Assembly (NCBI GenBank): GCA_965218425.1
Contig: OZ244621.1
Span: 2,720,001-2,784,000 of the forward strand
DNA length: 64,000 bases
Direction: 5' to 3'
Source: an uncultured Candidatus Binatia bacterium
GTDB lineage: Bacteria; Desulfobacterota; Binatia; UBA9968; CAXXLF01
The position numbers were made by a program, and so were the translations under genes. The notes below the pieces were generated by a model. That model ran no database searches and was not told the origin of the DNA. It worked only from the letters and a program-made list of their open reading frames with translations. Every line of letters begins with the position of its first letter. Positions within the stretch are counted from its first letter, which is position 1. Shown in pieces: positions 9,724-20,075 of the stretch.

Positions 9724-10119
9724 TTATTTGTTGTGCTTCATTTTGCCGTTGCCGTTCAGGCCCCGGACCATTCTAACTGCAAACATATCCGCCTTGGTTT
9801 CGGCGTCAGCCCAAAAGAAGTAGTGGGCCAGCTCATGGTAAACCATGTTAATCCATTTTCTCTCCGAGTTGTACTTTCTGCCCCTTTTCCAGTTTTCGGG
9901 GTGAACCAGATGGATGTTTCCGTTCTCATAGGTTTTTCCTGCGGTTTTTCCCCAATCCATATACTCGAACCATTCCACGTTGGGCATCTTTAAATGATAA
10001 AAACGGCAAAGGGAGCCAATGGCCCTTTGAAAGTTGGAAGGCTTGTAATCACGGAAAAATAATGTGAGATGGCGATCCACCAAACGGCGTTCTTTTAATG
10101 GGGGCAATATGGTACGCAT
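9724..10119 (-). CDS. Small hypothetical protein with HExxH (HELAH) zincin-like motif
   Basis: VYHELAHYFF...ETKADMFA; ATG 10119 preferred. Confidence 0.65.
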   Translation of the reverse strand: MRTILPPLKERRLVDRHLTLFFRDYKPSNFQRAIGSLCRFYHLKMPNVEWFEYMDWGKTAGKTYENGNIHLVHPENWKRGRKYNSERKWINMVYHELAHYFFWADAETKADMFAVRMVRGLNGNGKMKHNK

Positions 10120-10369
10120 AGGTTTTGTCACCGGCCACAACAGGAGAATCTTTAGCACAAACGGAGGGAAATAAAAACAGCCCATGATAAAACGAGCTGT
10201 GGAAAATATGTGTAACCTATTGATTTACATAACGGATTCTGCCTCCACACAGAGAACGCTGTCAGCAGGCTTTGATCTGTGATATGTATGGCACGTAGGG
10301 TGGACTGTTGAATTTTTGAGGTGCCATCGGGTTCCTCCACTCCATTATCGCTGAAATTATTGGTCAATT

Positions 10370-11311
10370 TTGATGCTGGATCGTCTTCTCGACAGGCTTT
10401 ACTTCGTCGGGGTCTATCTGACCTTTATTGGAGGTATTGGGCTTCTGAAGCTCCTCCCCCGGCGGGTGGTAGTCCGATGTTCCGAATTTTTAGCCGATTT
10501 AGGCTTCTATCTATTCCACGGCTTTCGAAAACGCTCGGTTAAGAATTTGAGCCTGGCCCTAGGTGCAGGTCTCGATAAGAAGGAAGCCGCTGAGGTGGTG
10601 CGGAATTCCCTCAGGAATTTTGCCCGCGACGTGGTGGAGATCGGTTGCGCCATCTCCCTGGCGCCCAGTGAGCTGCAACGGGAAATCCCCATCGTGGGTA
10701 AGGAGCATCTAGAGCGTGCTTTGGCTAAAGGAAAAGGGGTGGTTGTCCTGAGTGCGCATCTGGGAAACTTTTTTTTGGTTGGCAGCAGGCTAGCGCTTGA
10801 GGGATACCCTACTCATGTTCTGGTGAATCCCCCCAAGAATAAAAAGTTGCGCGATTTTCTTGCTGGAATCAGGTTGAAGGCGGGCCAAAGGACGATTCAC
10901 ACGCGACCACGACAAAAGGCCTCACGTGAATTGCTACAGGTTCTTCGGCGGAATGAGTTGGCGGTTGTGATTGCCGATGAATACAGGTCTGGTAGAGGAA
11001 TCTGTGTGCCATTTTTCGGCCGAACCGTCTTGGCCCGTCGTGGGCCGGCCACATTGGCCCTGCGAACCCATGCGGCGCTGATTCCTGTTCATCTTATTCG
11101 AGAGCCCGGTGGTCAGCTCAGATTGATTCTGGAACCTGAAATAAGGCCTCCCAGATCTGGGAATTTTCGTGCGGATACTGCGGAATGCACTCTGCGAATG
11201 ACGCAATGGGTAGAAAGGGTGGTGCGTTCCTACCCGGATCAGTGGAACTGGATGACCGTCCACTGGCGGGATGCCTCCCATGAATCCATGGCGGGGAAGG
11301 CACTGCGTTGA
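10370..11311 (+). CDS. Lipid A biosynthesis lauroyl/myristoyl acyltransferase family
   Basis: GKGVVVLSAHLGN, VPFFG, GPATLA, PDQWNW. Confidence 0.88.
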   Translation: MMLDRLLDRLYFVGVYLTFIGGIGLLKLLPRRVVVRCSEFLADLGFYLFHGFRKRSVKNLSLALGAGLDKKEAAEVVRNSLRNFARDVVEIGCAISLAPSELQREIPIVGKEHLERALAKGKGVVVLSAHLGNFFLVGSRLALEGYPTHVLVNPPKNKKLRDFLAGIRLKAGQRTIHTRPRQKASRELLQVLRRNELAVVIADEYRSGRGICVPFFGRTVLARRGPATLALRTHAALIPVHLIREPGGQLRLILEPEIRPPRSGNFRADTAECTLRMTQWVERVVRSYPDQWNWMTVHWRDASHESMAGKALR

Positions 11312-11483
11312 ACAGACGGCACACCAACCACAAGGCGAACAAAGACAAATTATGCTAGAAAGCTCAGTACCCTGGGGTTACGCGTGGGGTCTTGGAGCAC
11401 GGCCCTTAATCGGGACTGTAAAAACTTCATCTCCGTGGTGGCCTAGGAAGGGTTCTGTGGTACGGGATAAAGGTGGGTGAACG

Positions 11484-12230
11484 ATGAATTTGACGAAGAA
11501 GCAACTAGATGAGCTCAAGGCAAAAGTGGCCCTGGGGAATCGGATCATGTTTCATCAAGGTCTAGCGGACTACCATGGCCATGTGAGCGCCCGGATTCCT
11601 GGGACCCGCAAATTCCTGATCAAGCCGGTACTGGCGGCCCTAGGCGGGATTTCCGCAAAAGACATCATCCAGGTGGATATCGATGAGTACAAAGAGGTCT
11701 GCGAGGAAAACTATGCGAAAACCGGAAATCAACGAGAAGTGATCAAGGTCAAATTGCCGCCGCGGGAAACCATGATACACGCGTCCGTGTATGAGGCCCG
11801 ACCCGATGTCAATTCAGTGGTTCACACGCATCAGCCACTGGCCACGGCCTTTTCGGTGGGCGGAGTTCCCATTAAGCCCATCTACAATCAAGCCGCCGCC
11901 TTTGACCCTGAGACGCCTATTTTTCCCAGTCCCAGGTTGATCTATAGCGTGCAGGACGGTAAGGATATCTGCCGGGCCCTAGGGGGTCGCATGGCCTTGT
12001 TGCTTCAGGGTCATGGTGTGGTGGTGGTGGGGGAGAGTGTGGAATATTCCACGGTTCATGCCATCTATCTGGAAAGAGCCGCTCATATGCAGTGGGTCGC
12101 AAGCTCCGTGGGAAATGTAGTGACGATGCCGCAAAAGGATATCGAGGATATGAAGGAAAACATGATCCATCGTTCCTATCACGCTTTCGCCTATTTTGCC
12201 TCTCTCATGCCGGCAAAAAAGGCTGGATAG
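11484..12230 (+). CDS. Class II aldolase/adducin family protein
   Basis: GHVSAR, E..IHASVYEARPDVNSVVHTH, LLQGHG. Confidence 0.9.
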   Translation: MNLTKKQLDELKAKVALGNRIMFHQGLADYHGHVSARIPGTRKFLIKPVLAALGGISAKDIIQVDIDEYKEVCEENYAKTGNQREVIKVKLPPRETMIHASVYEARPDVNSVVHTHQPLATAFSVGGVPIKPIYNQAAAFDPETPIFPSPRLIYSVQDGKDICRALGGRMALLLQGHGVVVVGESVEYSTVHAIYLERAAHMQWVASSVGNVVTMPQKDIEDMKENMIHRSYHAFAYFASLMPAKKAG

Positions 12231-12284
12231 TGGCTGTCAATAATCAAACTGGTTCGGTTATTCATTTTTTGAGGAGATAATTCA

Positions 12285-13919
12285 ATGGCGAAGACAGAAA
12301 AGCTATCCGTAAAAGCTGATGCCGCAGGTCAAATAGGGGCGGCCCCAATTCAAGATCTGCGCGAATGGTTGCAGCGCGTGGATGAAATCGGCGAGCTGGT
12401 CCGAGTAAAGAAACCACTGCATTGGGACGAGGAGATGAGTGCCATCGGTTACCTGGTGGCCAAGCAGACCCCATCCCCTGCCATTCTCGTGGAGAAGGTG
12501 AAGGGCTATGAGAACAGTCCTGTGGGTGCCCGGTTGCTCTGGAATATCCTGGGCCCAAGCTTCAAACGGATCGCGGTGACGATGGAGGAGTCACCCGACA
12601 CCACGACCCTCGAACTGATCCGTCGGGTAAAGAACAAGCTGAAGAATCGCATTCCTCCCCGTGAGGTGTCGGCCAGTCAAGCGCTTCTGTATGAGAACAC
12701 GAAGACCGGCGCACAGATCGACTTGAGTCAGTTGCCCATTCCTAAACATTGGGCGCTGGACGGTGGCCGTTACGGGGGTACGGCGGATGCGGTGATCACA
12801 CGCGATCCGGATACCGGCTATCTCAACATCGGAACCTATCGGATGATGCTGCAGGGCAACAATCAGGTGGGGCTCTATCTCTCACCCGGTAAAGACGCAC
12901 GGTTGCATATTACCCGCGCCTGGCAGAGAGGGGAGCCCATTGAAGTGGCTGCGGCGTGGGGCATCGACCCGTTATTCATGATGGTGGGTTCTCAGACCTT
13001 TCCCAAGAATGTGTCCGAATACGAGTTTGCCGGCGGTGTGAAGGGACAACCCATTTCTGTGGTGCGCGGGAAGACATGTGATCTTTTATTGCCGGCCAGC
13101 GCGGAACTGGTCATTGAAGGGGTCATTAAGCCGCAGTCGGTGAAGCAGGAGGGACCCTTTGGCGAGTTTACCGGTTATTATGGAAGGCCGGAAGCCGGCT
13201 GCCCACTGGTGGATGTGACGGCCGTTCACTATCGTTCCAATCCCATCCTGACCAATGCGCTGATGGCTGACTACCCTTCTAATGAGCAGAGCACCTTCTT
13301 TGCCATTATTCGCTCGGCTCGCATATGGGACGATATCGACAAGCTGGGGGTTCCTGGGATTCAAGGCGTGTATGCCCACCCGGCAGGCGCCGGCGGGTTT
13401 GGTATGACGGTCATTAGCTTGGAGCAGCGCTACGCTGGGCACGCGGCCCAAACGCTGGCCCTTGCCGCTCAGGTCCCGGGGGGCGCCTATTACACCAAGT
13501 GGATTATTGCCGTTGACGACGACATCGATCCAACGGATATGGACCAGGTGATCTGGGCCATGAGCAGCCGCTGTAACCCGGTGGACGATCTCGATGTGTT
13601 ACGAAACACCTGGAGCACTTGGCTCGATCCCACCCAGAACCCGCCGGAAAATCGGCCCTACGGCTCCAAGGCCCTGATCAACGCTTGCAAAGAGCACCGT
13701 TACCTTCCGGTATTTTCAAAGCGAACTAGAATCCGCAAGGAGATGTACGATCAGGTGGCCTCTAAATGGCAAGATCTCGGACTGCCGGGCCAGGTTCCGG
13801 AGGTAAGAGACTTCGAAGAGAAAACCAACGTGGTCTATCACGAGGTGGGCGGATTCGAGCCCGGGGAGCAGCCGGGTGAAGACAAGAAAGGCATCGCAGA
13901 GAAAGATAAAAAGCGATAG
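12285..13919 (+). CDS. UbiD family decarboxylase
   Basis: DLREWL, DGGRY, NIGTYR, EGPFGEFTGYY, VDDDIDP, WAMSSR. Confidence 0.93.
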   Translation: MAKTEKLSVKADAAGQIGAAPIQDLREWLQRVDEIGELVRVKKPLHWDEEMSAIGYLVAKQTPSPAILVEKVKGYENSPVGARLLWNILGPSFKRIAVTMEESPDTTTLELIRRVKNKLKNRIPPREVSASQALLYENTKTGAQIDLSQLPIPKHWALDGGRYGGTADAVITRDPDTGYLNIGTYRMMLQGNNQVGLYLSPGKDARLHITRAWQRGEPIEVAAAWGIDPLFMMVGSQTFPKNVSEYEFAGGVKGQPISVVRGKTCDLLLPASAELVIEGVIKPQSVKQEGPFGEFTGYYGRPEAGCPLVDVTAVHYRSNPILTNALMADYPSNEQSTFFAIIRSARIWDDIDKLGVPGIQGVYAHPAGAGGFGMTVISLEQRYAGHAAQTLALAAQVPGGAYYTKWIIAVDDDIDPTDMDQVIWAMSSRCNPVDDLDVLRNTWSTWLDPTQNPPENRPYGSKALINACKEHRYLPVFSKRTRIRKEMYDQVASKWQDLGLPGQVPEVRDFEEKTNVVYHEVGGFEPGEQPGEDKKGIAEKDKKR

Positions 13920-13971
13920 AGTAGAAGAGTCCGGTGCCCGGCTTGGGTGAGCAGTGAGGGAAAGATGAGGG

Positions 13972-14373
<402 letters not shown>

Positions 14374-15789
14374 CTAGATATCGAAGTATAGCGCGAATTC
14401 ATAAGGGTGGGGCCTCAGCCTGATGGGATCCACCTCCTTGGTCCTCTTGAAACTAATCCAAGTGTCAATAACGTCCTTGGTGAAAACGTCCCCGTCCAGG
14501 AGAAATTCATGATCCTGCTCAAGGGCGTTTAGAGAGGCCTCGAGGGACCCTGGGATCGACTTTACATTGGCCGCCTCTTCAGGGGACAGATCATATAGAT
14601 CCTTATCGATGGGCTCTGGCGGCTCGATCTTGTTCTTGATGCCGTCCAAACCCGCCATGAGTTGGGCCGAGAAGGAATAGTAGGCGTTGCAGCTCGGATC
14701 GGGTGTCCTGAACTCGAGACGCGTGGCCTTTTCGCTGGATGAGTACGTCGGGATTCGGATACAGGCGCTTCTGTTTCGCACCGAGTAAACTAGATTGATG
14801 GGGGCCTCGTAACCCGGCACGAGCCTCCGATAGGAATTGGTGGTGGGTGCGATGAAGGCACACAGGGCAGGGGCATGCTTGAGCAGTCCTCCGATGTAGT
14901 ACCTGGTGGTATCGCTGATTAGGCCGTAGTTCTTCGGGTCATAGAAAATGTTCTTTCCTGCCTTCCATAGACTCTGATGAGTGTGCATGCCGGAGCCATT
15001 GTCCTGGAAAATAGGCTTGGGCATTACCGTAACGGTCTTCCCGTGTTTCCTCCCCACGTTTTTGATGATGTACTTGTAAATGAGTACACGATCCGCCATC
15101 TTCGTGAGGGTGTTGAACTTCAAGTCGATTTCGCATTGCCCGGCGGTTCCCACCTCGTGGTGGTGTACCTCCACCTGCAAACCGCTCTTTTCCAGGGTTC
15201 GGACCATCTCAGACCGTAAGTCCTGCAAATGATCCATGGGCGGGACCGGGAAATAACCTTCCTTGTATCTGGGCTTATACCCTAGATTGGGTTTTTCATC
15301 TTTGCCCGAATTCCAATTGCCCTCCACGGAGTCGATATAATAGTAGCCGTAGTTGTAGCTCTGATCGAAGCGAATATCGTCAAGGACATAAAACTCAATC
15401 TCGGGACCCCAGTAACTCGTATCCGCGACCCCCGTTGACTTGAGATACATCTCTGCCTTCTGGGCCACGTAGCGAGGATCCCTGGTGTAGGGCTGTCGCG
15501 TGATGGGGTCCTTGACGTTGCAAATTAGATTTAGGGTGGGCAATTCGGTAAAGGGATCTAAAAACGCCGAGTCCGGATCCGGGAACAGGAGCATATCTGA
15601 TTCGTCAATGGTCTGAAATCCCCGTATGCTCGATCCGTCAAATCCGATGCCATCCTCGAACAGTCCCTCGTTGAACTCGCTCATGGAAATGGAAAAGTGC
15701 TGCCACAGGCCCGGTAGGTCGCAAAACCTTAAATCGACGATTTCTACCCGGTTGCGCTGGGCCAAGTCTAATACTTCCTTAGGTGTCAT
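14374..15789 (-). CDS. glnA: Glutamine synthetase type I
   Basis: [35 protein letters not shown] adenylylation-site region. Confidence 0.98.
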   Translation of the reverse strand: MTPKEVLDLAQRNRVEIVDLRFCDLPGLWQHFSISMSEFNEGLFEDGIGFDGSSIRGFQTIDESDMLLFPDPDSAFLDPFTELPTLNLICNVKDPITRQPYTRDPRYVAQKAEMYLKSTGVADTSYWGPEIEFYVLDDIRFDQSYNYGYYYIDSVEGNWNSGKDEKPNLGYKPRYKEGYFPVPPMDHLQDLRSEMVRTLEKSGLQVEVHHHEVGTAGQCEIDLKFNTLTKMADRVLIYKYIIKNVGRKHGKTVTVMPKPIFQDNGSGMHTHQSLWKAGKNIFYDPKNYGLISDTTRYYIGGLLKHAPALCAFIAPTTNSYRRLVPGYEAPINLVYSVRNRSACIRIPTYSSSEKATRLEFRTPDPSCNAYYSFSAQLMAGLDGIKNKIEPPEPIDKDLYDLSPEEAANVKSIPGSLEASLNALEQDHEFLLDGDVFTKDVIDTWISFKRTKEVDPIRLRPHPYEFALYFDI

Positions 15790-15895
15790 GTGATTCTTCC
15801 TCTCTTTCCTCGATAGTTAGGATATTGGCACGCAAGACCCTGTAGCATTTTTGGTGGCCTCTGAGAAGCCCCGGGCCCGCGGCCTTGCTTATTAT

Positions 15896-17218
15896 TTATA
15901 AGGAATAACCTCTTTCGTTGTGTTGGCTAAGGTCGAGCCCCTGGCGCTCGTCGTCTTCCGATACCCTAAGCCCCATCACTGCTTTGAGGATTCCCAGTAT
16001 GATGAAGGTCCCCACCATGGCCAGAATCCAGGTTGCAGCCACCGCCACAAACTGAATCCAAAGTTGCCCCGGGTTGCCGAAAAAGAGGCCGTTGCTTCCC
16101 CCTGAGTTTACCGCTGTGGATGCAAACAGTCCCGTTGCCAGTGCCCCCCAGGTGCCGCCAACCCCATGGACGCCCACGACGTCGAGGGAGTCATCGTATC
16201 CAAAGGCGGTCTTCAAGTTACAGGCAGTGGAGCAGAGGACACCCGCGCCAAGCCCTATGAGAAGGGCCGAGATGGGACTCACAAAGCCCGCAGCCGGCGT
16301 AATAGCCACCAGGCCGGCCACCGCGCCGCTCGCCGCCCCCAGGGCTGTGGGTTTGCCCTTCAACATCCAGTCCATGGCCACCCATGAAAGCACAGCCCCC
16401 GCAGTGGCTGTATTGGTGGTGACAAAGGCGATGGTTGCCAGCCCGTCGGCGGCTAATGCGCTGCCAGCATTAAACCCGAACCAGCCCACCCACAACAGTG
16501 AGGCGCCAATTACGCTGAAAGGAAGATTGTGCGGTGGCATTGCTTCCCGGCCGTACCCTGCCCGTTTGCCGAAAATGATGGCGGCCGCGAGAGCCGATGC
16601 GCCGGAGCTGATATGAACAACGGTTCCCCCAGCAAAATCCAATGCACCCATGGCTCCTATCCAGCCTCCTCCCCACACCCAGTGGCAAAGGGGATCATAG
16701 ATAAAAGTCGCCCACAGCAGAATAAATACGATAAACGTGCTAAATTTTACCCGCTCGGCAAACGCACCGGTAATGAGTGCCGGCGTGATGATGGCAAACA
16801 TCATCTGGAAGACCATGAAGGCTTGATGAGGAATGGTGGAGGCATAGCTCGAGGGCTCAACACCAACTCCGTTTAGGCCGAACCAGGCCAGGCTGCCAAC
16901 AATTCCGCCCACATCCGGGCCAAAGGCCAGACTGTAACCCCACAAAACCCATTGAACACTGATTAGGGCCACGATGATGAAGCTGTGCATGATTGTGGCG
17001 AGGACATTTTTCCCTCTCACCAGTCCACCGTAAAAGAGAAACAACCCCGGAATGGTCATCATCAATACCAATGCGGAGGAGGTGAGGATCCAAGCCGTAT
17101 CCCCAGAATCGATGGCGGGTGCGGCAGCAGCCAGGGTCAATTCCGGGAAAAGGGTCATAAAAGCTAAAAGACAAAGCAAGCTTAGAGAAAAGGTGCAAAA
17201 CGTCATTGTTTTACTCAC
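15896..17218 (-). CDS. amtB: Ammonium transporter
   Basis: DFAGGTVVH, WFGFNAGS, DDSLDVVGVHG. Confidence 0.97.
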   Translation of the reverse strand: MSKTMTFCTFSLSLLCLLAFMTLFPELTLAAAAPAIDSGDTAWILTSSALVLMMTIPGLFLFYGGLVRGKNVLATIMHSFIIVALISVQWVLWGYSLAFGPDVGGIVGSLAWFGLNGVGVEPSSYASTIPHQAFMVFQMMFAIITPALITGAFAERVKFSTFIVFILLWATFIYDPLCHWVWGGGWIGAMGALDFAGGTVVHISSGASALAAAIIFGKRAGYGREAMPPHNLPFSVIGASLLWVGWFGFNAGSALAADGLATIAFVTTNTATAGAVLSWVAMDWMLKGKPTALGAASGAVAGLVAITPAAGFVSPISALLIGLGAGVLCSTACNLKTAFGYDDSLDVVGVHGVGGTWGALATGLFASTAVNSGGSNGLFFGNPGQLWIQFVAVAATWILAMVGTFIILGILKAVMGLRVSEDDERQGLDLSQHNERGYSL

Positions 17219-17291
17219 GGTATAGTCCTCCCACCGTCAATCTAGATTTAAAAATTATAGATTGAGATTAAGTTAGGTACAGGGCTGGTTT

Positions 17292-17307
17292 TGCAATTGG
17301 CATGCCA
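17292..17307 (-). promoter_or_regulatory. Sigma54 -24/-12 promoter of amtB-glnA-glnB
   Basis: Minus strand TGGCATGCCAATTGCA matches TGGCAC-N5-TTGC. Confidence 0.8.
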
Positions 17308-17360
17308 GCGGGAAAATCTATATTTGTCAGGGTTTTTGCTTCCAGCCGATCAGGCTGTAC

Positions 17361-17396
17361 TGGCTAAACAATAGGCACATGCTTAGATTTTAAGCA
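17361..17396. promoter_or_regulatory. Two tandem NtrC-type enhancer sites
   Basis: TGGCTAAACAATAGGCA (17361-17377) and TGCTTAGATTTTAAGCA (17380-17396): 17-bp TGC-N11-GCA-like dyads upstream of the sigma54 promoter. Confidence 0.6.
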
Positions 17397-17423
17397 CGAG
17401 ACGCAAACCAATGGCGTGATTAT

Positions 17424-18362
17424 TTAGGACAAGCCTTGAATTTCAGAAGGGAGGGCAAAATGGACGTCGCTTTCTTCGAATCCAATATAGGAAATTTCAG
17501 CTCCCTTTTCCGTGAAGTATTTTACTGTTTCTTGAACCAATTGTTCCGGGGCCGAGGCACCGGAGGTTATTCCTACCCGCTCTATACCGTCCAGCCATTC
17601 CGGTTCGATCTCGCGGTGGTTATTAATAAGGTAGGACCGAACGCCTTTGGAACGGGCCACCCGGCAGAGTTGGTTGGAGTTTTCACTGTTGGGTGAACCG
17701 ATAACGAATACGAGGTCCACCGCACCGGATAGTTCTTTCACGGCGTCCTGTCGGTTTTGCGTGGCGTAACAGATATCGTTCTTGGGCGGAGTAATCATTT
17801 TTGGAAATCTTAGCCGCAGGGCTTCAATGATTTCCTTGGTGTCGTCCATGCTGAGTGTTGTTTGGGTCAAGACCGCAAGGCGGTCTGGATCCGACACATC
17901 AACATTTCTTGCTTCCTCGAGGTTGGAAACAATTCGAATGTGCCCAGGCGCCTCACCGATGGTTCCCACGATCTCGTCATGGTCCACGTGGCCGATAAGT
18001 ATTACCCAGTACCCTTGGGTTACGAACCTGCGTACTTCGCGGTGCACCTTCTCCACCAACGGACAGGTGGCGTCTAAAATAACCTGAAGCTTTTTCTTGT
18101 TCGCCTGTTCTCGCACCTCAGGGGAAATCCCGTGGGCGCTGAAGATCAATCTTGCCCCGCCTGGGACGTCGTCGACTGATTGGACGAAGACTACTCCACG
18201 GCGGCTAAATCCATCCACAACGGTGCGGTTGTGAACGATCTCGTGAAAGACGTACAGGGGCGGGCCGTACTTTTTGAGGGCCCGTTCCACGGTCTCAACG
18301 GCCATCTCAACGCCGGCGCAAAAGCCCCGAGGTTGCGCCAATACCACTTTCTTGACCTTCAT
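17424..18362 (-). CDS. ispH: 4-hydroxy-3-methylbut-2-enyl diphosphate reductase
   Basis: PRGFCAGV, IVHN, SAHG, DATCPLV, ICYATQNRQ, TSGASAP. Confidence 0.97.
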   Translation of the reverse strand: MKVKKVVLAQPRGFCAGVEMAVETVERALKKYGPPLYVFHEIVHNRTVVDGFSRRGVVFVQSVDDVPGGARLIFSAHGISPEVREQANKKKLQVILDATCPLVEKVHREVRRFVTQGYWVILIGHVDHDEIVGTIGEAPGHIRIVSNLEEARNVDVSDPDRLAVLTQTTLSMDDTKEIIEALRLRFPKMITPPKNDICYATQNRQDAVKELSGAVDLVFVIGSPNSENSNQLCRVARSKGVRSYLINNHREIEPEWLDGIERVGITSGASAPEQLVQETVKYFTEKGAEISYIGFEESDVHFALPSEIQGLS

Positions 18363-18566
18363 AAATTCAGACCTCGATTATTTGAAGTTTGGATGATAAG
18401 AATAGGCCTGTCAAGCTAAGGCATGCTCATTGCCTTGCCAGGGCTGCAGATCTCGATTTACGAAACCACACTATTCGGACCACAGCGGTGGAGGTGTCGC
18501 ATTGATGCTGGGCCCCAGAGATAGTGCGGAAGGGCCATTTCATAGTCAGTTCTTTCGGAGGTGTAG

Positions 18567-19682
18567 ATGGAAAGGCGAAGATTTCTTCTAACGGCTGGAG
18601 GAGTGCTGGCAACGTTGGGCGGAGCCATCACGGGTTGTCGTCAAGACACCAAGCCGAAGGACGCCCCGCGGGTCATCACGAAACCCAAGCATCAGTGGCG
18701 AATGGTAACCACCTGGACCCCGGCCCTCGACGTCCTTCAAGGTAATGCCGAACGATTTGCGAGTATGGTGGAAACCATGAGTGAGGGTCAGTTAAAGATC
18801 GAAGTCTTTGCGGCGGGCGAGTTGGTCCCGGCCCTGGGTGCATTTGATGCCTGCCAGCAGGGGACCATCGAGATGTACAACGGTGCCGCCTATTACTGGG
18901 CCGGCAAGGGGCCGGCGGCGCAGTGGTTTACGGCGGTTCCCTTTGGATTGAACGCGCAAGGCCAGTATGCGTGGTGCTATTCCGGCGACGGTTTAAAGCT
19001 CTGGGAGGAGACCTATAAACCATTTGGGCTGGTTCCACGTCCTTCTGCATCCACGGGAGTTCAAATGGGAGGGTGGTTCCGAAAAAAGATTGATGAAATT
19101 TCGGATTACCGGGGACTCAAGATTCGAATTCCCGGTCTTGGCGGGAAGGTGATGTCGAAGGCTGGTGCCTCGGTGGTTTTGACCTCTCCAGGCGATACCT
19201 ACCCGGCTCTTGAACGAGGAGTCATCGATGCCGCAGAGATGGTGGGCCCCCACGACGACATGAAGCTCGGGCTCCACAGGGCGGCAAGGTACTACTACTA
19301 TCCAGGTTGGCAGGAACCCGGGGCGGTCACGGAGTTCGTATTCAATCAGAAAGCCTATGAGTCACTGTCAACGGACCTTCGTGGTATCTTGGACGCCGCC
19401 GCCATGGCCATCAGGACCACGGCGTCCGCCGAGTACAACGTGAAAAACGCCGTGGCGCTGAAGAAACTACAGACGGATTTCCAGGGCAAGGTAGAGATTC
19501 TTCAGTTTCCGCCGGCGGTGATGAAGTCCCTCAAGGGACTTGCGGAGGAAGTGAACCGGGAAGAGTCCGGGAGGAGCCCAATGGCGGGCAAGGTCTACGC
19601 CTCCTACACCAAATTCCAGCAAGTGATGCGGGACTGGGGTAACATTTCGGACGGTCCCTACTACGAGATAATTGCAGGATGA
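18567..19682 (+). CDS. TRAP transporter substrate-binding protein (DctP/TakP-like) with Tat signal
   Basis: ERRRFL twin-arginine motif, TGVQMGGWFRK, GLKIRIPGLGG, LERGVIDA. Confidence 0.92.
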   Translation: MERRRFLLTAGGVLATLGGAITGCRQDTKPKDAPRVITKPKHQWRMVTTWTPALDVLQGNAERFASMVETMSEGQLKIEVFAAGELVPALGAFDACQQGTIEMYNGAAYYWAGKGPAAQWFTAVPFGLNAQGQYAWCYSGDGLKLWEETYKPFGLVPRPSASTGVQMGGWFRKKIDEISDYRGLKIRIPGLGGKVMSKAGASVVLTSPGDTYPALERGVIDAAEMVGPHDDMKLGLHRAARYYYYPGWQEPGAVTEFVFNQKAYESLSTDLRGILDAAAMAIRTTASAEYNVKNAVALKKLQTDFQGKVEILQFPPAVMKSLKGLAEEVNREESGRSPMAGKVYASYTKFQQVMRDWGNISDGPYYEIIAG

Positions 19683-19791
19683 ACCAGTGGGGAGAGATCA
19701 GGCTCGCGCAAAGACGCAAAGCACATGGCGCAGGGCGTCAGGAGTAATGAACCGCTCTCGGTAGGTTGCTGAGTTTCTGGTAAATGAGCAG

Positions 19792-20010
19792 GTGATTGAT
19801 GCAGTGGGCATTGACACCGCCAGTTTGGGTTACGGGAAATCGAAAGGTTTTATTGCCCACCGGATTCTTAGCAAGGCCAACAAGCCCGGATTGGAGAACG
19901 TCGCCAACCTGGATCGTCTGCTTCCGACGGGTGCCGCCTTGATGGCCCTTCCCATGAGGGTGAGGGGCGGATCTGGAGGGCCTGCACGAATCATTGCCCT
20001 TCTCCCTTGA
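19792..20010 (+). pseudogene. C-terminal remnant of a cyclase (kynurenine formamidase) family gene
   Basis: VGIDTAS...AHRIL...LENVANL...LPMRVRGGSGGPARIIA; N-terminal two thirds absent. Confidence 0.75.
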
Positions 20011-20075
20011 GCGCGGGTTAGCTTGCGCCTTTACCCGAGTTGCTTTAGCATGGAAAGGGCGATTTTTGCGTTCCC

